Assembly: GCA_951406725.2 (NCBI GenBank)
Contig: OX597826.1
Coordinates: 41,230,001 to 41,294,000 of the forward strand
Direction of reading: 5' to 3'
From: Octopus vulgaris
Taxonomy: Eukaryota
Length of the DNA: 64,000 nucleotides
This document shows, piece by piece, positions 26,681 through 39,844 of the stretch. How positions within the stretch are numbered: position 1 is the first letter of the stretch; each line of letters opens with the position of its first letter. The notes beneath the pieces were generated by a model. That model saw nothing but the letters and a program-made list of their open reading frames with translations. It was not told the DNA's origin and did not search any database. The translations under genes and the position numbers were made by a program.

Positions 26681-26927
26681 GTTGTGGATATGATCTCCTC
26701 TTCTGTGATGGTGCCACAATAAAATGTACCTGATATGATGTGTAAAAGGGTTGGTGTTAGTACTTCTCGCTGTACAAAGCATGCTAAACAATAGTATGTA
26801 TGGAACATAAGTTACAAAGTAAATATAACCTGCAATAAAGATTTTATCTCTGGTTTTCAATATATATAATGGCGGTGCCCCAGCATGGCCACAGCTCAAT
26901 GAGCTGAAACTAAAATCAAATCAATCA

Positions 26928-26930
<3 letters not shown>

Positions 26931-27024
<94 letters not shown>

Positions 27025-27043
27025 ACACACACACACACACACA
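26931..27043. repeat. Compound (TA)n-(GAT)n-(CA)n microsatellite
   Basis: Direct reading. Confidence 0.95.
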
Positions 27044-30000
27044 TCCATGTGTACATATATACAGGCTTTGTTCATGCTAGGGCACTTATTTATTTATTTT
27101 TTTTTTTGAGAGCAAGTGGTGTGTGGGACAAAAATGTTGAGTCACTGCACTAAACATAGGATAAATTTTGAAAATTTGAATGCAATGCTTCTGAATAGTT
27201 AAAATAAATACTTAATATGAAATAGATAGCAATAGTGTATCTGAATGCCACTCCTTAAATATACATCTGGTTGTCAGTAAGTCTGTTATACACATTACAG
27301 ATGGAATATAAGCTATTTAGACATTTTCTTTGCATTTTGCTTTCCTGTAGATATTGCTTTATTAAACCTACCTCTTAGAATATTGCTCTTCACCATATTG
27401 GCAAATAGTTGTAACCAAAACCAAATATCATTCCAAATAAACAGGAATCCAAATTCTCTTACATTTCTCATTTGATTTTGTTGTCTCTCACACACTCTCC
27501 ATTTTTCTTTAACTCAGGGTTTAACTGTATTTAAAAAAAAAGCCTTGAATAAAATTAGTAGAGCATTGTCTTGCTGGAGTCTAATTATCCAGCCTTTGGT
27601 TATGCAACTAATTGTTCAGTAATAATAAAATGTTATCCAATCCAGAAAGTTTAAAATCCTGTTTTGTAATTCAAGAATACCACTAGAGCAATGTCCCTTT
27701 TTCTCCATATTACTTCTCTCTGGCTAGACTCACAAGTATGTGATGGGTAACAGCTAAATGAAAAATCTAAGAATGCAGCTCCTAAGGAATTTAGCACTAC
27801 TCTTTACCATTCCATATCAAATGCAAGCAGCTTATCTTCACTCTGATTCTTAATGTATGCAATTCACTATTACAGATGTTTTATTTACATGTTAATTCTG
27901 AATAGGAAAATAGGAAAGTGATTGATTATTTCTCTGTTTCATTTTGCTTGTCACCTGATAAGCAGTATTGTAGGGGATATTTAGCACACCTCTTTGGGAT
28001 CACTTTCCTATGAAAGAATGGTGATGAGAAAGTGCTGATTTAACAATCCTTTTAGAGATTAATGGATAATATAGTTGTTAAATCAGTTAAACGATTTAAG
28101 ATATTGTCCACCACAAATGATTGTTTAATATTGTTATTGTACTGAGTTTAGATTGTAGTTGAGTGGGGTCAGTGTTTGTTGCTTTCATTTGCTGTACTTG
28201 ACCACTGGTACTCAGCTCTTTCATTGCACATTTCAAAATAACATGTCAAATATACCAGGTAGGTGATCCTTTAGTCTGGTCTTAAAAAGTTGAGCTGCCA
28301 TATAGATTCTGTCTTGGCTCATTGACCAGTGTTTGTGTGGAACACTCTGTGGAAGTTACAGCATGTCTTTTATGCAGCTTCTGAATGTGTACATATTTTG
28401 ATTGTATTGAAACTGAGACTAGATAATGGAATTGATGCAGAAGTTTTATTTTGAAACAGTTGACCCAGGAAAGTTTTTTAACTTAATTTGTGAATACCAG
28501 TTAGCAATTTTCTTCATTTTTTTAAAAAAGTTACTAAGCTTCAGTATATAATGCTATTACATAAATATCTAAGAAGACTATGTTGATGTATTTTTGGTAC
28601 TTACTGAGGTGTAATTCCCAAATATTTGTTTAAAGAGTGACTTCATGCTGGAAGTTTGTGAGGTTTTAAAGGAGGACAACATGAAGTTGTTGATGTTTTA
28701 TTTCTCCACAAAAGCATTAACTATTTAAAAGAAGTGCAACTGGTTCGGTAAGAATATAGCAATGCACACTGTCTAACTGTCCCAAGATGAAATCTGCATG
28801 GCACCAATTTGTCTTTCTGGTGTTGAATAAAATAGTCAATAAAATTCACTAAATAATGCCTTCTCATTTCCATTCAGCTTGGAAATTTGTTGCTATTTCT
28901 TTGAAAAATATTCCTGTTCCCAGATTATTTTTAATCTGTGAGCATCACAACCAACTCTTTTCTCTCCCTTAAAACCTTTAGGATATTTATCACTGAAAGA
29001 ATCTACCATTTTCCATTATCAATAAGTACCAATAATATACTCAGTTAGTCACTCACCTCTATCTTTCTCCTACAAATTGGTAAACTTAAGTTAATGTGAT
29101 AAATTGCTGTTATGTCCCTCATTCTGATTTCAAGTCTCACCCGGGTCAACTTCTATCTTATCTATTGTAGTTGATTTAATTAACTACATGTAGCCTCCCA
29201 CAAAATTTGTGACTTTGTACCTGTGTTAGAAACCATTTTTGTTGTTATTGCAGGTGCTGTGATATAGTAAAGTTATGATTAAAGTCATATCTTCTAGCTG
29301 GTTTCAGTTCACATCACATCTTCTACCACCTGTCTTTTCAAAAAAAAAAAAAAAAAAGGCATATCTCTTTTCTCTTGTGAATAAATATAATTTTGTACAT
29401 AAGAATGAGATCCTTACTCGAGGTCTGGAATTATCTCTGGAAGAGGCAGAAAGAGGCCAAGTTGAATCTAATGTGGTTGAAACATGAAATACAGCGTGTC
29501 CTACCATTACAATTTGAAAAATTCAGTAAGAATTAACAACTAAGGTCAACTCAGCTGAGTATATTGGAAAAAAGGCAAAATTTTATGAGAAACATCAGAA
29601 TACTTCTATGTGTGTGCTATTGGTTGCATGCAAGTTGATTGATGGATGTCAATTTCAATAGATACAATAAATTGTGGAAGTTGTAAATATAATTTATGAA
29701 CATACTGTAATATATAGCCTTAGCCATCATTGACTTGATACTGACAATAGCATCATCTGGTAGGGTGGTGGACTTAATGCATTGAGTGTTTGGTCTCATT
29801 TTGCTGGGTCAGGTTTGCCTTTGATTGTTCTGGGGATCAATAACTACTGTTTAAAGTTGAACCACAGAAATGATACAATATTAGACTAAATTACTTTGCT
29901 CAATATACTTCTCAGTTTAGTTCAATAAAATACCTGTAATGTATTACTGCACCTTTCCCTGTAACTCTGTCAGAAATCTCTATTTTTATCATTCATTCTA

Positions 30001-30130
30001 AAATTTGTGATCTGTCATATATATATTCAGCACTCTTTCACATGATGTCATTTGTGTTTCAATTTATAATTTGTCTTTTTCATTCAAACCTAAATTAGTA
30101 ACATTATTATTATTATTATTATTATTATTA

Positions 30131-30325
30131 AGGCAGTGAGCTGGCAGAATTGTTAGTACATTGGATAAAATGCTTAGTGGCATTCCTTCTGGCTCTACAT
30201 TCTATGTTCATATTTCACAGAGATTGACTTTGCCTTTCATCCTTTTGGTGGTTGGTAAAAGTACTTGGGGCAATGTAATCGACTCCCTCCCATAAAACTG
30301 CTGGCCTTGTCCAAAATTTGAAACC
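30131..30325 (+). mobile_element. Old SINE family B-related copy flanked by (ATT)n
   Basis: GAGCTGGCAGAAT head and GACTTTGCCTTTCATCCTTTTGG core. Confidence 0.7.
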
Positions 30326-31121
30326 ATTATTATTATTATTATTATATTTTATGTTAGTAGTATTATTGTCATGGCACAACTATTTTTGCTAAATTGGTTT
30401 GATTACCACTTTAGGCACTTTTTGTTTCACTTAGCTCACTGATGCTGTTGAGAAAAAAATCATGAACATGACCCTTGTATACCTCTCCTGTTGTCTCACT
30501 GCTAAAGGACGATCTCGGTCATCTCGAAATATTATGTAACAAGGAAAAAAGTCTCAAGTTTGTTTTCTTCATAGAAATATCATTTCTCCATGAAATTGAT
30601 ACTTGATCAAAAAAAAAAAAAAGAATTTTTATTTCTCTTTATTGATATGCTAAAGAGAATGACTAAAATTCTGTTATTATGAACAGAGATGCCACTTATT
30701 TGTAGAGTTATTTAGAATATTCATGCAAAAAAATACAAAAATTAGATTTCTTGTAGTTTCCCCATCTTTAGGTTAAAATTATTTCTTTTCAGCACTAAAT
30801 ATATTTGTCTTTCTTTTATAAACACACACATTTCTGTACATATGTATATGCACGTGTGTGTGTGTGTGTATGTATATATATGTATATATTATGTATATGC
30901 ATATATAAAATGTGTATACAAATATGTTTAAATTGTGTGTAGCTAGTGATGCAGTAGAAAGCTATTTCTTTGGTTGTTTGTTTTAGGCCATTAGTATTGT
31001 TGATAAAATATCTTCATAAATCTCTCTGCCTGTCTCATCTTTGTTGCAATTATTTGGCACAAAGATATGGACCCCCTGAATTGATCAGATTTTCTTAGCG
31101 CTATATTTATCATCCCCACAG

Positions 31122-31193
31122 CACGCATCAAGGCTCGCAAAGGGCAATCGAAAGACATGTCAACAACGAACCCTATCACCCACATCTACCAAG
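31122..31193 (+). CDS. PHRF1: Candidate 72-nt in-frame cassette exon of PHRF1 (HASRLAKGNRKTCQQRTLSPTSTK)
   Basis: Pyrimidine-rich acceptor ...tttatcatccccacag|, donor AAG|GTCAGC, phase 0-0, no stop, GC/CpG richer than the surrounding intron. Confidence 0.45.
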
Positions 31194-32537
31194 GTCAGCT
31201 ACATGGGGGTGAGCATTCCAAATTTTTGAATTATTTCATTGCAAAAGCTGCCTTCCGTCACTCACGGATTGTTCTCATATCTCCTGTTGTTTATTTGTTT
31301 AAGCTACATAACAGTTTAAAAGAAATTTGTCTTATATATATATTTATCTGCTTAATTTACTTTTTGTATCTCTAAAAATAAAAATCTTTTGGTTTTGTAA
31401 ACTCTGTTTCCAAAATTATTACCACTATATTTAATCGAGATGGTAGTGTTCGATTGTGTCTTGTGTTTCTATGTTCAATTCATGACAGTATTGAATTCTC
31501 TGCCACCCCTACAACAACGTTAAGTAAATTCCATTAAGATATATTCTAACATTGATTTAGCCTCTCCTTTATAAAAACAACATAAAAGGAATAATTTGCA
31601 AGAAGATCTAATCAACTTTTGATAATTTTATTTTAATGTCAGGTAATAATGTGACAAATGAATTGTGTTAGTTTTTATATGTTGATGAGGTACAGCTTTC
31701 AGCCTAACTCCATTGACAGCTTTCATTGTTTTCCTGATTTACAAAATGAACCTTCAGTAAGGTTGCTGTGGTATTTTATTTGATAGAAAATTGTTATTAT
31801 TATTTATGTAAAAAAGAAGAAAAAAAAAGAAAGGAGAATCAGTGTAGTTGTCCAAAATATGTTTAGCTTTCTAGAAATTATTTTCAAGGTTTTAGATTAG
31901 AAATAGAAATACTAACAATTTGGGTAAAAAAAAACCCAATCCTGTTATAATAATTTGACCAGGAACTTTTGTAATTTCTATTAAAATCAGACAGAATTGT
32001 TTCTGAAGCAATACTTTGGAATTAATTTTCTTTTTAATAATTTTATATAAAATTAGGTCAGCACAGTTATTTTAGTGCTTTTAGTTAACATGTGGCATCT
32101 CTGAAAAAATTCATTGATACAGAATTTTATCTTTTCCTTTTGTTAAAAATATTGATATTGTTCCAGTTGTACTTTTGTGTGTATAGACTGTTTCCTACTT
32201 CAAAGATTTATTTTTTTCCTTAAAACCAACCAAAATAAAGATCTTGTGATAGAAGAGGATATTTGGTTGATCAAAGTCATTTTTGCAACACCTCAGTTTT
32301 AGTCATAAGTTCTCACTAGTTAGTGTTTGGCAAGCTGAGACCATTACTTCATAGTTTTGATTCTGTTTCACTTCACATTCTTAACGATTTTTGTAAATTC
32401 AGATATTACTGTCAGAATCCTATTTTGCATGCTCTTTAAATGTTCAACTTCGTGTCACTTGGAAGAAACAGAACGGAACTATTGAAGCATTAATTTTTTA
32501 ATCCAACTAGTGTATATTTTAACAAGTTATGTCTATT

Positions 32538-32650
32538 TATCCTCTGAAGAGACATACGACATATCTGCACCATTGGATGCTCCTGAACGAGTTAAGTATC
32601 CCACCTGTGAGGGATTGATGCTAGATGTGTTGAAACAATTGTAGTGATTA
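32538..32650 (+). ncRNA. Degenerate Penelope-type hammerhead ribozyme with long stem II insert
   Basis: CUGAAGA 32544-32550, GAAAC-AAUU-GUA 32632-32643, imperfect stem I aucCU/GUgau. Confidence 0.5.
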
Positions 32651-32890
32651 ATAGAAATTCTCGTATTTTCCGTCTTCTGTCTTTCATTTACCATATGGAT
32701 ATTTAGTCAGGAGGGAATGCAGTGTCTATAATCCTTAATAGGGTCTCTGAGAACTTTGAGGGGGAAGAGGGCATAAGGTACCCACAACAAAATGGTTTCT
32801 GCTAAAAGCACTCAAAGAGCCATGTGGTGGTATTAAACCAGGCAAAAGGTTCAATTTGCCACCCTTAGTGATTCACTCTTCGTTAAGTCT

Positions 32891-32933
32891 ACTTTGCTGA
32901 TGAGGTCTCATAAGACCAAAATGTGTTAAGAGT
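32891..32933 (+). ncRNA. Decayed minimal type I hammerhead ribozyme (Penelope-type)
   Basis: CUGAUGA, stem II GGUCU/AGACC, then CAAAAUGUGUU, which is CGAAACGCGUC after transitions mostly at CpG. Confidence 0.55.
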
Positions 32934-33030
32934 TGTTTTCCATATGTGTTCAGATAATTTATATCATTTAATCAGTGACTAACGTTGTTCTTTCTTCAAT
33001 GTATAAATGTGAAATTTTTCTGTTTTTCAG

Positions 33031-33159
33031 TATATGAAGAAGTTGCAAATACAAGAGCGTGTTGTAGATGAAGTGAAATTGGCCATAAAGCCTTTTTATA
33101 GTGGCAAAAAAATAGACAAAAACGAATATAAAGAAATTCTACGGAAAGCTGTTCCGAAA
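33031..33159 (+). CDS. PHRF1: PHRF1-like exon 13, C-terminal SRI-like Pol II CTD-binding domain ([23 protein letters not shown]...[12 protein letters not shown])
   Basis: Very close to the PHRF1/SCAF1/SCAF11 C-terminal domain; tttttcag| acceptor and |GTAAGT donor. Confidence 0.95.
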
Positions 33160-33450
33160 GTAAGTCACTTTTTTCTTTTTGTTTTTCAAATTTCTCTTAT
33201 CAGATTTTTAAAAGACTAATTAATATTAATGGGTGAATCTTTTCTGAACTATAGCTGTTAGGTAATGCACATAAAAACAAGGAATTTTGTTTTTAATATT
33301 GCCTGAGGAAGAGGAGCAATACTCAACTATTCCAACCTGTCTTGTACTGATGAGGGGTCAATATAATAATAATAATCTTATTGTATACAATGCTCAGGTG
33401 CTTTACAACTCATCAGAAGAGGGTAAAAGAGTGGTAGAAAGCAGTGATAG

Positions 33451-33848
33451 GCACAGGTGTAGCTGTGTGGTTAAGAAATTTACTTCCTAACCACATGGTT
33501 TCTGGTTCAATTCCACTGCATGGCACTTTGGGCAAGGGTCTTCTATTATAGCCCTGAGCTGACAAAACCCCTGTGAGTAGGTTTGCAAGATGGAAACTGA
33601 AAGAAGCCTATCGTGTATGTGCGTGTGTACATCATGTGATAATTGTAGAATGAATGTCACTGTCATACAATCAATGTCCTTCATTTCCAATATTCTGCAA
33701 AATCATGTCTCACCATGAGGAATATTACCTTGCTTGGAAACAAGGTGAGGCTTGGTGACTGGAATGGCATTGAATTGTAGAAAATCTGTGGTCTCAAACT
33801 CTTTTTGACCCATGCAATTATAGAAAAGCAGATGTTACGTGATGATGG
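33451..33848 (+). mobile_element. SINE A-like head with alternative RTE-like tail (degenerate)
   Basis: Head aligns with SINE A to ~33620; tail TTACCTTGCTTGGAAACA..GTGAGG.TTGG recurs at ~25335, ~34995 and ~43068. Confidence 0.6.
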
Positions 33849-34059
33849 AGTCAAGTAAAGAATGACAACAGTGAAAGTAAAAAGTGCCTGCACAGTAGAC
33901 AGTTACAATTAGTTTTAAGCTTGTGTCAGAAAGTATGGGGACAGAGGGAATTCCGGATGGTTTTTGTTCTTGAAAAGATTTGGAGAATATATCAAAGGAT
34001 TTGTAGGTGTAGTGATGCTTACATGTCAGATGGAATTTCTTGAGGCAGATTTTCTATGG

Positions 34060-34240
34060 GTTGGGTAGTTTGACAGGAGTGTGTTGAGCTCCAATGTCCA
34101 CTTTGGCATGGTTTCCATGGCCTTGATGCCCTTCCTAACACTAACCTCTTTACAGAATGTACTGGGTGCGCGTTTTGCTTGGCACCAGCACTAGCGAGGT
34201 CATCAAGTAGCTCACAAGACAAGCCTCCTCAACTGAGTAA
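34060..34240 (-). mobile_element. Old RTE-type tail fragment
   Basis: GATGCCCTTCCTAACACTAACC motif. Confidence 0.6.
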
Positions 34241-34250
34241 AATGTATTAA

Positions 34251-34834
34251 CCCCTTACCCGGCAGAAACGAATATATGCGTTTTGACCGAAATCGTTTTT
34301 TTCTATCTCTGGCGAGTTAACTCGTCAAAAGATAGACTCGCCAAAATCGACAGCAAACGAGTTCCTTTGTCTATTATAAACTCTTTTTTGACATATACGA
34401 GTATGTTCGCTTACTTTATACGTCTGGCAGTGACGATTTCTGCCACCTTTCGCTTGAGTAAGGCATTGAAGACCGAGTATGATTTAGTCACCTGGAGACA
34501 GTCGAAGGGTTGGAAGGCACATTTTATGAATAGAAGTATTCACTTTGTTTTTACGTTGTTTTTTTTATACCTTTATATTATAACCCCCACCATGTCGATA
34601 ACCAAATAAAATAACATGATTTTTTGTAAAAGTAATATGATTTATGGAAAAAACGGGTTAACTCGTTTCTGTCCAAAGCGGTAATTTAAAATCAATATTA
34701 TTGAATTAAAATTCATAATAAATAAGGTTTGAAATATACCTCGAAATCACCATTCAAAACATAGTAAAATAAAACAATTAAAAAATATGTCTGAAAAAAT
34801 ACATTTATTTTCAAAATAATTGTTGGGTAAGGGG
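34251..34834. mobile_element. piggyBac-type non-autonomous element (MITE), 584 bp
   Basis: TTAA target duplication at 34247-34250 and 34835-34838; TIR CCCCTTACCC(GG/AA)CA at both ends; no transposase ORF. Confidence 0.85.
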
Positions 34835-35134
34835 TTAAGGAAGGTGGCTTTACACATGCATACATGTATATGCACATATATACACACACATAATACATGT
34901 ATGTGTTTGTCTCTGTCTTGACATTGCATGATAACTGTAGACAAGTGTCACCATCATAGAAGCAGTATTATTTGCTTCCAGTCTTCTGTGAAAACCTTGC
35001 TTGGAAGTAGGTGAGAGTGGGCAACAGGAATAGAATCTGAGCGTAAATTTATTTCAATGAATTCTATCTGATCCATGATGATATATATAATGAATACACA
35101 AGCATATAATGCATTAACTATTTTTGTATTTCAG

Positions 35135-35293
35135 ATCTGCCATAGCAAGAGTGGAAACATCAACCCGGCCAAAATCAAAGCTTTAATTGAGGCATATGTG
35201 GACAAACTGTGTAAAACGCGCCGGTGTTTGGAGCGCAGAAAGAAAAGCAGTGTCAAAGCAAATGGTGAACGGGTAAAGAAACCTTCAAGATAA
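35135..35293 (+). CDS. PHRF1: PHRF1-like last coding exon (ICHSKSGNINPAKIKALIEAYVDK...stop)
   Basis: CHSKSGxINPxK...AYVDK family motif; TAA ends at 35293. Confidence 0.95.
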   Translation: MCHSKSGNINPAKIKALIEAYVDKLCKTRRCLERRKKSSVKANGERVKKPSR

Positions 35294-35779
35294 CTAGCAG
35301 CATCTGACTAGCTTTCAAAGAAAACCTAGGACCATTTTACTAGCCTTCAGAGAGATAACTGGGATCATCCGACTGTTTTGAAAATTTGGTTTTGTAAAAT
35401 ACATGTGTATGTGTGTGTCTGTGTATGTGTGTGTATATACATACACACATATATATATATATGTATGTATGTATGTGGAGTGGGGAGGGGTGTTCAAAGC
35501 TGTTCAAAAATGCATTTTTAATCACACAAGGAAAGAGGAGAAGAGAGAAGAAACAAAGGAACACAAAAAGAGGAGTAAGTGAAACAATGAGTTTTGATGG
35601 CCAGCAGTATCATTATTTTACTATTTTGATGAGTGGCCACCTCACTGAGACTCTCCTAAACCTCATTTAAATCAAACTTGCATAACAGTGTGGCTCAAGC
35701 TTCAAACTTTCTGCATTTTTTTACTACCATGAAACTCATTTTTCCATCCGTATATCTTCATATTATTATTATGGTGGTG

Positions 35780-36800
35780 AGTGGCAGAATTGGTAGAGCA
35801 CTGGACAAATGCCTTACAGTATATATATATAGTTATGTCCCTTCGTGTTTTGGGTTCAAATCTTGCTAGGGTCAACTTTGGCTTTTATCCTCTCCCAAGT
35901 AGCATAGGAAAGGTCTTCATCACCCAGGAGCAAAGACAGTTTCGGCACCCCGCCATTACCACCATGGTAAATGTGGGTGACTGCCACCTTATCATGCTAG
36001 ATCTTTGTTTTCTGAGATGATATCAAATGAACAACCAGTCAACTATTGATGTTGATAAATTTGACTTCTGCCCTGTGCTCTTGTAAGCCTTTATTTTATT
36101 TGACAATAGCATAATAGAGCATGTTCTTTGAGAAAGGAAACCAAAGGGTTAGGATGGTAGATTGGCAGACTTGTCAGAGCAAGGGAGGCAATGCCCTGTG
36201 GCATTTCATCTAATTCTTTACATTCTGAGTTCAAATCCCCACTGTGGTCAACTTTGTACTACTTAACATGCTCATGTCGATGGTATCCACTAAGTCCCCT
36301 CCCTTCAGAATTGCTGGCTTTGTGCCTAAATTAGAAACTATTATTGTTATTATTAATTTTATTAGAAATTATTACTAAGGCAGAAATGGTAAAGTAAATC
36401 ACTAAATATGTTTATGGTGTTTACTCAGTTCTGATCCCATCAAGTTCTGCTTTGATGTGTCACATTGTGATGAGGATCCTTAGTCTATAAGAACCTCTAT
36501 ACCAGTGATATATTGGCAATTATACTCAATAGACTACACCTTCCATTCCTACAAACATTGGTCTTGAATTTCTGAATCATTTTCATTAATTAAAATAAGT
36601 AATCAAAGAGTAATGGGCAGCAGGCAAAGTGGTGAATGAAATGCCTCGTGGTATTACATCCCATCCCTTTTAAAGTGAAATTTTTATCTGGGCCTGACTT
36701 TACCTTTCATCATTTTAACATTGTGGCAATGAGTTCCAGCCAAGTATGGCGCGAAGGGTTCAATATCTATATGTGGCTTTGTACCAATGTTAGGATTATT
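35780..36800 (+). mobile_element. Cluster of about four old SINE B-related copies downstream of the PHRF1 stop
   Basis: Repeated GGCAGAA.TGGT...TTCAAATC...GGTCAACTTTG motifs starting near 35780, 36155, 36380 and 36615. Confidence 0.55.
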
Positions 36801-39019
36801 ATTAAAGTATTTTTCTTCTGATATAAACCAATCTAAAATGGGACCCTGGAAATACAAGAATAATGAACTACATCTGAGAGACCTGACATATTTCGTTGTG
36901 TGGACAATAACTTAATTCTCTGTCAATTTTTGGGTCTCTTGTGCTTGTGTCACTCATAACTATTGGCTTTTCAGTCAGTTTTTAGACATCGGATAGCATC
37001 TTCTGCCGCGACGATGCTGTCTCTCTCTCTCTCTTCATCCATTCATAGAAAAATCTACTCCAGCATAAATGTTACCAAATTCTTAGTGAGACTGACTGCT
37101 GCCAGCCACACTGCCTTCTTTTAATGATGTTACCATGGATACTGGTTGACGTTTATTTTTTCTTTTGGCTACATTCTACACTTGACAACATTGGGTCTAG
37201 CTAGATATTTTCAAAACTGGTTGATTTATACACACGTGTGTATGTGTGTGTGTGTGTTTATATATGTGTATATATATAGAGAAGTATGTATATAGGTGTG
37301 TATAAATGTGTATATAGATGTATATATATATATGTATGTACTGATGTGTATATGTACATAGATATATATATATAATATAGGTAGATGTATGTATGAGTGT
37401 GTGTGTATATAAAATACCTTGTTGGATTTTTTGTCCTGTGTACTAATGCCAAGACTAAGTGTGATAAAGATTCAACATTTTCAGTGATATAAAATGGGGG
37501 GTACAAAAAGAAAAATATGTAAAACAAACAGTAATAATAATAATAATTAGTAACAGAATATATAAAGAAAAAAAACATTGAAGTACAATAAACGAAACCA
37601 ACAAACAATTGATGGTTATTGGTCGCAGTTACTAGCTAAGATTACTTTTGATCTGTGATTGATGATTGTTTTGTTATCTGTGAAAACCTGAAGGAAGGGA
37701 ATAATAACCAGAAACGGACTAAAATATGCGAAATTCTCTTGAAAACCTGAGCAAAATGATACGGATTTGAAAAATAAAAACCGAATGCAACAGAGATGTA
37801 TCAAAGACAATTGATGTTTGAGATTTTCTTGTTTTAAAGAAACAAATTGAAACTGGTGAAGAGAGGAAAATATAAATCATTTTTTGTTTTTGTTTTTATG
37901 TGTGGAAAAATAAGTGACTGAATGAATGCCTAAAGGACATCAACATCAAGAACAACAATAAAATCAACATGTAAACATTTCTTATGATTTTCCAACTAAA
38001 TTATATTGCAGTTTACATGCTAGTGGTTCTAGCAGACTCTCTTTCTCTCTACCTCTCTCTCTCTCTCTCCATAAATTTTCTAAACTGTAAATATTTTTCT
38101 GGTATTTAAAGAAGAGTGAACAATAAACTCCGTAGTGCTGCCATTTCCATTAGTTCTTCAAGAACTTTTTCCTAAGACTAAAGGCAATGAAGAAAAAAAG
38201 AAATTTTATTTTGTTTTGTTTTGAATAATTCAGTCACGTTTGAATTTTTCCTTTATTTTTTTTTAATTAATTAATTCAACAAACTGTTTTAGTCGAACTG
38301 TTTTCAAAACGACTAAAAGAAAATGATAAAAAACCCAAACAAACCACAAAACAATTCAGACTTTGAAGAAATGATTAAACAATAATAAATTATTAAAGTG
38401 TAAAATTATTATTATTAATTCATCTTCACTCTGCAATTCATAATCATGTTACAAACAAAAGAAAAAAAATTGAGTTGGTTTTTCTGGAAATAGTCTTTAA
38501 TTCCTGACTTGTTTTATTGTCTACCATAAAAAAATAAAAAAAAATTGATAGATGTAAAATAAATTTTGACTGGGATGTTTTCCAAGTGACAACCTTATCT
38601 TTTTGTATAATTAGTTCATCTTCTTGCTTCTGTTCTTTCTTTTCTAATTTTAATTAGTATTGATTAATCTGATTTTAATGTTCATGTAATTGTTAATTAG
38701 TCATGTTTCTACACAGCTTCATCTTATTACTTTTCACAATGTTCAACTGTATCTCGTGTACCAAAGACACCCACCTCAGCTCTCCCCCCCCCCCCCCAAT
38801 AATTGTCCTTGTTGACCTTATAGCTGCCTTTCATACAAACTCAGCTAGAACATAATTTTTCTATTTTAAACAGTTTACACAATCCTTACTATTAATCATT
38901 CTATTCAGGTATTTAAGTGCCTCAACACTTCTCCATATCATCTTTTATAATTTCCTTTTTTTTCCTCACTTCAATTAGGTTGCCTTCATGTTTCTGATTA
39001 GATGATTCATCATCATCAT

Positions 39020-39360
39020 CATTCTGAAAGATCAAATGCATCAGTCAAACTCCACCATTTTGATGGGGTGTCACTCATAAAGATGTATTCATCTGCAAAT
39101 TATCATCCTGGAATGGATTACATTTTGTGGTAATGGTATAGAAGTGGTTGTCTGTTAACAACTGATGTGTTCCCTCCATACTGTGTCCAGTTTGTACTTA
39201 GACTTACTGTTCTCCAAAGCAACCTGCTGTCACTACAGCTAGCTAAGTCTTCCCAGTCCACCATTTGTTGAATCACATTCAAAGGTATGACATGCTGAGG
39301 AAACTGTTGTAGGGGAGAGAGAGGAGCTGTTCTTACTTGCCAAGATAAGGGGCTACTCAT
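39020..39360 (-). mobile_element. Highly decayed RTE-BovB-like ORF2 C-terminal remnant
   Basis: Minus-strand ...DWEDLASCSDSRLLWRTV resembles WEDLAxDRxxWR of BovB-like RTEs. Confidence 0.4.
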
Positions 39361-39844
39361 ATTTGTGAGTAGTAGTAGTTGGTTCTGTCACCATGATAGA
39401 ATTTATAGAAATCAAGAAGTGTTAATAAAATACCAGTCAAATATCTGGGGCTTTGTATCTAAATCAGAATCCATTATAAGAATATCATTTGTTCTAGCTT
39501 TTTATATTCTGTGTTCAAATCCTACCCAGATCAACTTTTTCTTTCATCCTTTTGGGGTTGATGAAATAAAATACCAGCCAAGTATTAGGGATTTCCCCTC
39601 AGAATACTGCTACTGTGCCTAGATTAGCAATCATTTACTCCTGAGAGTAAACATTTTTTAAAGTGCCTCTACCGTATTAAATCAGTCACATCTAAAGACA
39701 AGTGTGGGATTTCAACTGGTGCCAACCAACTCACTACTGTGGATGTAAACAAGTTTATTGCTGCCAATACATATTTCAACCAAAATATGGGTCTCTTACC
39801 ACCAACATAGATATTTCAATTAAAAGGAGAACCTCCATTACCAT

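Noticed and set aside
33034-35293. Calling the + strand gene SCAF11 or SCAF1
   Set aside because: The C-terminal domain is shared, but RING plus PHD and the IARTRxSERVR and DLLG...RDGSL blocks point to PHRF1.
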